From positions 160,001-224,000 of the forward strand of contig CAWGED010000012.1 of the NCBI GenBank assembly GCA_963821525.1: a stretch of 64,000 nucleotides of DNA, read 5' to 3'. Of this stretch, positions 56,478 through 64,000 are shown one piece after another. This DNA is from an uncultured Gemmatimonadales bacterium (GTDB lineage Bacteria > Gemmatimonadota > Gemmatimonadetes > Gemmatimonadales > GWC2-71-9). The notes under the pieces are model-generated. The model saw nothing but the letters and a program-made list of their open reading frames with translations, was not told the origin of the DNA and searched no databases. The translations under genes were made by a program, and so were the position numbers. The stretch's first letter is position 1, and every line of letters begins with the position of its first letter.

Positions 56478-56514
56478 GCTGGTAGTGTAGGTTCGGGCCG
56501 GAGTGAAGGGAAGG

Positions 56515-56640
56515 AAGGTGTCAGGTTTCAGGTGTCAGGTGTCTGGGATTGGTACCATGCCATCGGTCTGACTTCTGCGTCTGACTCCTTGCTCCTTACT
56601 CCTCAGTACTCAGTCCTTTTCCCTCGCCACCTCTTTCTCT
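56515..56640. repeat. Heptamer tandem repeats in inverted arms
   Basis: ggtgtcaggtttcaggtgtcaggtgtctgg ... tctgacttctgcgtctgactccttgctccttactcctcagtactcagtcc. Confidence 0.7.
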
Positions 56641-56700
56641 ATCCTTCCTCCTCCCCTACTAAGAAGCCCAACGCTGAGCCCTACTCGTCTGCAGTCGGCA

Positions 56701-59060
56701 TTGGCGGACCGCTACCGGATCGAGCGGGAGCTTGGTCGTGGCGGAATGGCCACCGTCTTTTACGCCTGGGACCTGAAACACGACAGGCCGGTTGCGCTCA
56801 AGCTGTTGCACTCTGACTTGGCCCACCTTCTCGGTCCCGAGCGTTTTCTCCGCGAGATCCGGGTCTCGGCGCGCCTGCAGCACCCTCACATCCTCTCGGT
56901 GCTCGATTCGGGCGACGTGGGTGGGACCGGAGATCAGGGCGGAGCACTCCTCTGGTACACCATGCCCTTCGTCGAGGGCGAGACCCTTCGCGACCGCCTA
57001 CGGCGAGAAGGGCAACTCCCGCTCGATGAGGCTCTCCGGATTACAAGCCAGGCGGCGGATGCCCTGCACTACGCTCACCAGCACGGAGTGATCCACCGCG
57101 ATATCAAGCCTGAGAACATCCTGCTCAGCGGGAATCACGCGCAGGTGGCTGACTTCGGCGTGGCGGCCGCTATCCCCGACGGAACCGCGGAGCCAGCTAA
57201 TCGGTTGACCGAGACCGGGCTCGCCGTAGGAACGCCGCAGTACATGAGTCCGGAGCAGAGCGCCGGCGAACGGACTCTCGATGCGCGCAGCGACATCTAT
57301 GCCCTGGGCACCGTCCTCTATGAGATGCTAGCTGGCGAGCCACCCTATACCGGTCCCACGCCGCAGGCGATTCTGGCCAAACGATTGACCGAGCCCTTAC
57401 CTCACATTCGCACGGTACGAGACGTACCTCCGTGGGTGGAGGACGCGGTGACCCGAGCCCTGGCTCGCGCGCCGGCCGACAGGTTTGCGACGGCGGCGGA
57501 ATTCGCGGCGGCGTTGGAAAGACGGGCAGATGGCAGGCGGACCAAAAAATTGACGGCGCTGCGCCTCGTCGCCACCCACTTCAAGGTCCGCTCGCCTTGA
57601 CCGCCCTGATCGCCCTGACCGTCCTGTCCGCCGTCGCAATTTACCTGAGCCGCCGCAGTACCAACCCGTCATCAGCGACATCTGCCTCCGCCGCCGTCCT
57701 TCCATTCACCGACCTGAGCCAGGAGAAGGATCAGGAGTACTTCAGCGACGGACTGACCGACGAATTGATTACCGCGCTGAGCCGGATTGAAGGCCTCAAG
57801 GTGGCCGCACGGACTTCGTCCTTTCAATTCAAGGATACCAAAGCTGATGTGCGGGAAGTGGGCCGCAAGCTGGGAGTCGCAACTGTGATCGAGGGCAGCG
57901 TCCGGAAGAGCGGGAACCGGCTCCGGGTCAACGCACAGTTGGTGAGTGCGGGTGACGGGTACGAGCTCTGGTCGGATAGTTACGACCGGGAGCTGGCCGA
58001 TGTCTTCGCGGTCCAGGAGGAGATCGCCCGGTCCATCGCGGCGGCACTTCGGCTCCGACTGGGGCATCAAACCGACTCGGCCCTCGGCGAACGACCCACT
58101 GGGGACCTCGATGCGTATGACCTCTATCTCAAGGGGCGATTCGCCTGGAATCAGCGAACGGGCGGATCGTTGCTCCTTGCCGCGCAGTATTTCAAACAGG
58201 CGGTAGAGCGCGATCCCGGCTTCGCCCGAGCCTACGCTGGGTTGGCCGACGCAAGCATCCTTCTGCCTCAATACTCAGGCGTGTTACCCAGAGTGGCATG
58301 GCCCGAGGCCAAGTCCGCGGCCGTAAAGGCGCTCGCGCTGGACAGCACTCTCGCGGAGGCTCATACGTCACTGGCCTATGGGACCATGCTGTACGAATGG
58401 GATTGGGCCGCGGCCGAGGCAGGGTTCAAACGGGCGATCGCGGCGGACCCGAACTATCCCACCGCCCGTCAGTGGTACGGCGACTACCTGGCTGGACGGG
58501 GCCGCTTGGAGGAGAGCCTCAAGGAGATGCGGCGAGGCGTCGAGCTGGATCCCCTCTCCCGCATCATCGGCGGCGAGCTAGCCTGGACCTACTACGTGAT
58601 GCACCGAAACGATGAGGCTCTGGCCCAGATCGACACGATGCTACGCCTTGATCCCAACTATAGCCACACCTATTTCGTTCAGTCGTTGATCTTTCTGCAA
58701 CAACGGGATTATGAGAAAGCCCTCACCGCCATCCAACGTGACTCGGAGCTAGGCGGATCCTACGCTCAGCCCGAAAGTCGCAGAGTCTGGGTCCATGCCG
58801 GGCAGGGAGACACCGCCGCGGCCAAACGGGTTCTCGCCGGGCTCGAGGAACGTTCGAAGCGGGAATACGTCCCACCGTGGGCCTTTGCCGTCGCTTATAC
58901 CGGCCTCGGGGACAGGACCCGCGCCATCGGGTGGCTCAACAGGGGCATCGACGAGCGAGACATGATAATGGCGGAGAATCTCTTCGATCCCATCCTCGAC
59001 CCACTGCGAGGCGATCCCAGATTTGCAGAGGTGGAAAGGCGGATGGGACTCAAGCCCTAG
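56701..59060 (+). CDS. Ser/Thr protein kinase with TM helix, TolB-like domain and TPRs; apparent frameshift ~57520; start uncertain
   Basis: ADRYRIERELGRGGMATV, HRDIKPEN, DFG, YMSPE; AVLPFTDLS..QEYFSDGLTDELI, AYDLYLKGR, DPLRGDPRF. Confidence 0.88.
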
Positions 59061-59083
59061 CTCCGCCCTTCCAACTGAATCCG

Positions 59084-60086
59084 TCACGGAGCAATCCGCA
59101 GGTCGAATGCACCGTTGGTGATTACCATCGGACCGGAAGCACTGCCGCCTACCGCAGGAAGATTGGCCGAGAAGGTGCCAGCCACCCTGGTCGCGGTGAG
59201 GGAAGTGATCGTCACCGAGCTCGTCGCTCCCGCGCCACCCCAACAGCAGTTATTCGCCTGACCGTCGAAGTGAAGCACCACCCCGGTCTGATCATAGGTA
59301 TTCCCCGCACTCACCGGCGTCGAGGTAACCAGATTGACCGAAAGCGTGGAGTTGGCGACCGTATTGTCGGTGGTGCTTCCACCCAGCGAGAAGGAACCAG
59401 TCGAGAGGTCACCCACCCCAACAACGGTAGCCCCGGTCCAGGCCGCGCCGTTCAGCGTGGCGGTGAAGGTATTGCCCGTATTGTCGCCGGTCGGGAGCGT
59501 GAAGGCGGCCGGCAGCGCCACGTCGAAGGTGCCGTTGGTCACCGTCTTGATCCCCGGTGCCCCCGAACCGAGTGATGGAGGAGCCACGAACGTGAACGTG
59601 CCCGGCGATTCGGGTCGAGGTCAGGGTCGTGACGTTCACGCTCCCGCGATCTCCGGTGAAATCAATGGCATAGATATTCAGGGTCGCGCCGTTCTTGATG
59701 AGCACCGATCCTCCTCCGCCCGGAGTGGTTCCCTGATTCACCCCCAGAGGATAGGTGCCGGTCCCACTGATGAATCCCAGATAGAGCGAAACCGCGATGT
59801 AGTCTTGTCCGGTGATCTGGGTACCGGTGATCGTAAGGAACCCTGGGTTTTGCTGGGAGCTGGTGACCAGGACGCCATTCTGGGATGCCGCCCAGGCCTG
59901 TCCGTCGATCGAGGCGCTCATCGGACCACTGCCTCCGCCCCCACCGCCCCCTCCTCCACCCCCATTAGGCCCGGTGCCACTGCTGCCACAGGCGGCGAGG
60001 AGGACAAGTAGACCAACCAAACTGCTCTTGAGGTAAAGCGAACAAGCGGCCAAGCTTGCGGGACGACGGGACGTAGACTGACGCAT
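59084..60086 (-). CDS. Gly/Thr-rich lipoprotein with an internally repeated beta domain; apparent frameshift ~59605
   Basis: LAACG lipobox, poly-Gly linker, repeats MSASIDGQAWAA / FTATLNGAAWTG and VTNGTFDV / ITNGAFDL. Confidence 0.7.
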
Positions 60087-60205
60087 GGGGGCCCTCCGAC
60101 GGGGAACGGTTTCTCCCCATTGCGTGGAAGTCCCGGAAAAACCGTCATCCTCACCGTTTGGTGGCCCGGCAGCGGGCCGCCCGGCGCCCGATATATTTGA
60201 CCCGA

Positions 60206-61813
60206 GTGAGCTCCGACACCCCACACGACCTCGAAGCCGCGCTGGCCGAGCGGTACACCCTGCGCCACATGTTGGGCCGGGGCGGTATGGCCACGGTGTA
60301 CCTGGCCGACGACCGCAAGCACCAGCGCGAAGTGGCGGTGAAGGTGCTCCGGCGCGACCTGGCAGCCACCCTCGGCGCCGAGCGGTTCCTCAAGGAAATT
60401 CAGATCGTCGCGCGGCTGACCCATCCCCACATTCTGGCTCTTCATGACAGCGGAGAGGCGGCAGGCTTCCTCTATTACGTCATGCCGTACATCGATGGCG
60501 GATCGCTGCGTCGCCAGCTCGAAGAGCGCCGGTGTCTCCCCCGCGGGGAAGCATTGGAAATCGCCTTACCGGTGGCCGATGCGCTTTCGTACGCTCACCG
60601 CAAGGGGATTTTTCACCGCGATATCAAGCCGGAAAACATCCTCTTTTCTCAGGGCCACCCAATCGTCGCGGACTTCGGCATTGCCAAGGCTCTCTCCACG
60701 GCCGGCGCCGCCAATCTCACGCGCACCGGATTCCCGCTCGGCACGCCCGGCTACATGAGCCCGGAGCAGGCGGCGGGAATGACTGACCTGGATGAACGGA
60801 GCGACGTCTACAGCCTGGCGGTCGTGATCTACGAAATGCTGACCGGCGAGATCCCGGGCCGGTGGCCGACCGAAGACGCGGTGCGGGCCGGCCGTTTCCT
60901 CGAGGCGCCTCTGCCCCATCGAACACGACTCGACCAGGCTGGTGTTGCCACCGAGGCGGCGCTGGTGAGAGGCTTGGCGATTCGCCATGACCAGCGGACT
61001 CCGACGCCGGCCGAGCTCATGGCCGAGTTGCAAGGAGGGCAGCAGGCGGTGCGGAGGAAGTATCGCGAGGATGAGGTGAAGGAGATCGTAAGGCGCGCGT
61101 CGGAGCTCGAGGCCTCAAGCCCGACTCAGTCCGGGGCGATGACCATCGGTGGAATTGAGTCCTTGGGGCGGGAGGTCGGGATCGAGCCGGCCGTGGTGCG
61201 CTCGGCGGCCAAGTCGCTGGAGAGACGCTCTACCCCGACACCCACTACGCCAGCCCTGGTGAGGGGACTGATCGGCGCGCCGGCGAGCCTCATGGTCGAG
61301 CGCATTGTCGAAGGAGAGCTGCCTCCCGATGAATTCCCGACCCTGGTCGAGGAGATTCGCCGGGAACTGCAGCATGTGGGACAGGTGAGTCAGCTGGGCT
61401 GGTCCTTCTCCTGGACCATGACCAGGAGCGGAAACATTCGGCGCGATGTAGAGGTGGCCGTCACGGTGCGGGGGGGACAGACCCGGATCATTGTTCGGGA
61501 GAATCTGGGCCCGCTCATCGGTATGGTCTTTGGCGGGATCTGCGGGGGAGTTGGAGGGGGCGGCATGGGTCCCATCCTCAGTATCGGCTTCGGGGCGTTT
61601 CACCTTCCGGGCGCGGCAGTCTTAGCGATAATCCCAGCCTGGATTGCCACCGCATATGGGATTGCCCGCAGGGTTTATCGAAGCTCGTTCACCAAGCGAG
61701 AGCAATTGTTCAATGGACTGGCCGACCGTCTTGCCGAGATGACCGAGCAATTGATTCCCCACCGGCCCCAGTTGTGGAATCCGAGGAGAGGGGTGGAGGG
61801 ATTGAGGGATTGA
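60206..61813 (+). CDS. Ser/Thr protein kinase with C-terminal helical + 2-TM domain
   Basis: ALAERY..GRGGMATV, HRDIKPEN, DFG, YMSPE; C-terminal YREDEVKEIVRRASELE...EVGIEPAVVRSAA, then two hydrophobic helices. Confidence 0.9.
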   Translation: MSSDTPHDLEAALAERYTLRHMLGRGGMATVYLADDRKHQREVAVKVLRRDLAATLGAERFLKEIQIVARLTHPHILALHDSGEAAGFLYYVMPYIDGGSLRRQLEERRCLPRGEALEIALPVADALSYAHRKGIFHRDIKPENILFSQGHPIVADFGIAKALSTAGAANLTRTGFPLGTPGYMSPEQAAGMTDLDERSDVYSLAVVIYEMLTGEIPGRWPTEDAVRAGRFLEAPLPHRTRLDQAGVATEAALVRGLAIRHDQRTPTPAELMAELQGGQQAVRRKYREDEVKEIVRRASELEASSPTQSGAMTIGGIESLGREVGIEPAVVRSAAKSLERRSTPTPTTPALVRGLIGAPASLMVERIVEGELPPDEFPTLVEEIRRELQHVGQVSQLGWSFSWTMTRSGNIRRDVEVAVTVRGGQTRIIVRENLGPLIGMVFGGICGGVGGGGMGPILSIGFGAFHLPGAAVLAIIPAWIATAYGIARRVYRSSFTKREQLFNGLADRLAEMTEQLIPHRPQLWNPRRGVEGLRD

Positions 61814-61925
61814 GGGATTGAGGGATTTAAGATTGAAGATTGCAGATTGAAGATTGCAGATTGGTAATTGAGAATTGGTAATTGAGAATTGGTAATTGAA
61901 AATTGAAAATTTTGAAATGGAAGTG
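61796..61925. repeat. AT-rich tract of progressively changing 8-mer/7-mer tandem repeats
   Basis: GAGGGATT x4, then AAGATTG/CAGATTG, GTAATTG/AGAATTG, AAAATTG units. Confidence 0.9.
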
Positions 61926-61930
61926 AGTTG

Positions 61931-63685
61931 ATGAGGAAATACCTCCTCGTTGTATCGCTGCTTCTGGCTTCGGTCGCGAGCGTGTGGGGGCAGGATACGA
62001 CGGCCACGCATGCGGACACTATCCGCGGCTCTATCACCCCGGAGCGAGCGTGGTGGGACGTCGCGTATTACGACCTGCGGGTACGGGTCAACCCGGCCGA
62101 CAGCACCATTCGCGGCGTGAATCACATCACCTATCGGATTCTCCAGTCCGATAGCGTGATTCAGATCGACCTCCAGGTCCCGCTTCAGATCGACAGCTTC
62201 GTCCAGCAGGGACAGCGCCTGCAATACCGCCGGGACGGCAATGCGTTCTTCGTCTATCTCGTGGCGGGACAAGAGAAGGGCGCACAGCAAACCATCAGCG
62301 CGTTCTACTCGGGCCACCCGCATCCGGCCAAGCACGCGCCCTGGGACGGCGGCTTCGTCTGGGCGTCGGACAGCGTGGGACACACCTGGATCGCGACCGC
62401 CTGCCAAGGCGCCGGCGCCAGCATCTGGTGGCCCACCAAAGACACCCAGGCCGACGAGCCGGACAGCCAGCGGGTCGTCATCACCGTACCCGACTCTCTG
62501 AAGGATGTCTCCAACGGACGCCTGCGGGCGGTCACTTCAAACGGGGACGGCACGACCACCTACGACTGGTTCGTCTCTCAGCCGATCAACAATTACGACA
62601 TCACGGTGAACGCGGGAGACTACGCCCATATCAAGGACGCCTATTACGGCGAGGGGGGGCGGCTCGATCTCAACTACTGGCCCCTCAGCTACCACTATTG
62701 GACCGCCCAGCGACAGTTCGCCCAGGTGAAGCCGATGCTGCGCTGCTTCGAGGGTTGGTTCGGGCCCTACCCGTGGTACGAAGACGGCTATCAGCTGGTC
62801 GAGACCCCGCATCTGGGAATGGAGCACCAGAGTGCCGTCGCCTACGGCAATCACTACATGAACGGCTACCTCGGCAGGGACCTCTCGGGCACCGGCCAGG
62901 GAGACGACTGGGATTTCATCATCGTCCACGAGAGCGCCCACGAGTGGTGGGGCAACAGCCTCACCACCGCCGACCTGGCGGACATGTGGGTTCACGAAGG
63001 CTTCGCCAACTACGCCGAGGGATTGTACGTGGAGTGCCTGCGTGGAAAGGCAGCTGGAGCGGAGTACAACATCGGCAACCGGAAAGGGATCAGGAACGAC
63101 CGCCCGATCACTCCGGCCTATGGGCTCAACCGCGAAGGCTCGGGTGACATGTACCCCAAGGGAGGGAACATGCTTCACACGATCCGCCAGGTCATCAACG
63201 ATGACGCCAAGTGGCGGGAGATCCTCCGCGGCCTCGCTCAGAACTTCCGCCACCAGATCGTGACCGCGAGACAGGTTGAGGACTACATCAACCAGAAATC
63301 GGGGATCAACTTCGACAAGGTGTTCCAGGAGTACCTGGCCACCACGATGGTTCCCACGCTCGAATACAAAATCGAGGGTGCCACGCTCTCCTATCACTGG
63401 GTAAATGTGGTGCCGGGGTTCGATATGCCGGTGAGGGTGAAAACCGGCGCGCCGGCAGTAGCGGCAAAAACGGGAACGGGGAACAGGGAAAAGGGAACGG
63501 GGAAGAAGGGAGAAGGCGGCAAGGAGAAGGAACAGGCAAATCCAGTGATGGATCCCGATTGGTCAGTTATCACACCAACCGAGGATTGGAAGACGGTCAC
63601 ATTGTCGCTTCAGAATCCTGCCGAATTCAAGGTTGATCCGAATTTCTATGTCGAGGTGAGTCAGGTCGGAGTGGGGGCGCAGTAG
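61931..63685 (+). CDS. M1-family zinc metallopeptidase (aminopeptidase N-like), exported
   Basis: Signal peptide; LGMEHQ, HESAHEWWGN...WVHEGFANY (HExxH-18-E), YPKG. Confidence 0.92.
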   Translation: MRKYLLVVSLLLASVASVWGQDTTATHADTIRGSITPERAWWDVAYYDLRVRVNPADSTIRGVNHITYRILQSDSVIQIDLQVPLQIDSFVQQGQRLQYRRDGNAFFVYLVAGQEKGAQQTISAFYSGHPHPAKHAPWDGGFVWASDSVGHTWIATACQGAGASIWWPTKDTQADEPDSQRVVITVPDSLKDVSNGRLRAVTSNGDGTTTYDWFVSQPINNYDITVNAGDYAHIKDAYYGEGGRLDLNYWPLSYHYWTAQRQFAQVKPMLRCFEGWFGPYPWYEDGYQLVETPHLGMEHQSAVAYGNHYMNGYLGRDLSGTGQGDDWDFIIVHESAHEWWGNSLTTADLADMWVHEGFANYAEGLYVECLRGKAAGAEYNIGNRKGIRNDRPITPAYGLNREGSGDMYPKGGNMLHTIRQVINDDAKWREILRGLAQNFRHQIVTARQVEDYINQKSGINFDKVFQEYLATTMVPTLEYKIEGATLSYHWVNVVPGFDMPVRVKTGAPAVAAKTGTGNREKGTGKKGEGGKEKEQANPVMDPDWSVITPTEDWKTVTLSLQNPAEFKVDPNFYVEVSQVGVGAQ

Positions 63686-63735
63686 ACGCTGGGCGGTCTA
63701 GTGGTGAGCATTGATGAGAAGGAAGAAGGGAGAAC

Positions 63736-64000
63736 GTGACGGAGAGCGACCTGGAACAACTATTTCGCCGCGCGCAGGAAGCGGACCCTGACGCCGCGGA
63801 ACAGTTGTTTGCTCTTCTCTATGACGAGCTGCACCGTCTCGCCGAACATCACCTCCACCGGGGGAACTCGGCGCTGACAATCGGGACCACCACTCTGGTT
63901 CACGAGGCCTATCTGAACATGATAGGCCGGACCGACGTGTCCTTTCCGGACCGGCAGCGGTTCTTCGCCTACGCGTCGCGGGCGATGCGCGGTCTGGTTA
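63736..64000 (+). CDS. ECF RNA polymerase sigma factor, TIGR02999-like (3' truncated by window edge)
   Basis: Not in the ORF track; manual translation MTESDLEQLFRRAQ...LYDELHRLA...TTTLVHEAYL...DRQRFFAYASRAMR; GGAGA RBS. Confidence 0.88.
   Translation, partial: MTESDLEQLFRRAQEADPDAAEQLFALLYDELHRLAEHHLHRGNSALTIGTTTLVHEAYLNMIGRTDVSFPDRQRFFAYASRAMRGLV

Noticed and set aside
59930..59965. Poly-glycine coding run as a repeat element
   Set aside because: Ordinary flexible linker after a lipobox, with mixed Gly codons.

Overview
GC-rich bacterial chromosomal window, most consistent with Gemmatimonadota. That call is an inference from five Hanks-type Ser/Thr kinases, several with 'ALADRYRxERELGRGGMATV' starts, an ADOP-type duplicated ABC permease and a TIGR02999-type ECF sigma factor. 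About 45 CDSs can be supported. More than 20 of them carry apparent single-base frameshifts, most likely long-read assembly errors rather than pseudogenes. The main block of interest is a ~20 kb DNA-repair neighbourhood. There, ligD (PE-LIG-POL) is divergent from ku, which is followed by a MerR-like-HTH/TPR gene and a DUF72 gene. These face a UvrD helicase with an inserted DEDDh exonuclease and an alpha/beta hydrolase, followed by a full-length Lhr helicase and a YaaA/DUF6884-like hypothetical. Other modules are an RND efflux operon with a divergent GbsR/MarR regulator, a gamma-glutamylation-type amine catabolic operon (permease-ALDH-GS-like-SDR), an orphan PurD-like ATP-grasp ligase, sthA, msrB and several lipoproteins and peptidases. 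The window is also full of degenerate 7-9-nt tandem repeat tracts, both intergenic and in-frame inside genes, and contains one nested-palindrome REP/REPIN-like element. I recognised no rRNA, tRNA, CRISPR array or transposase.
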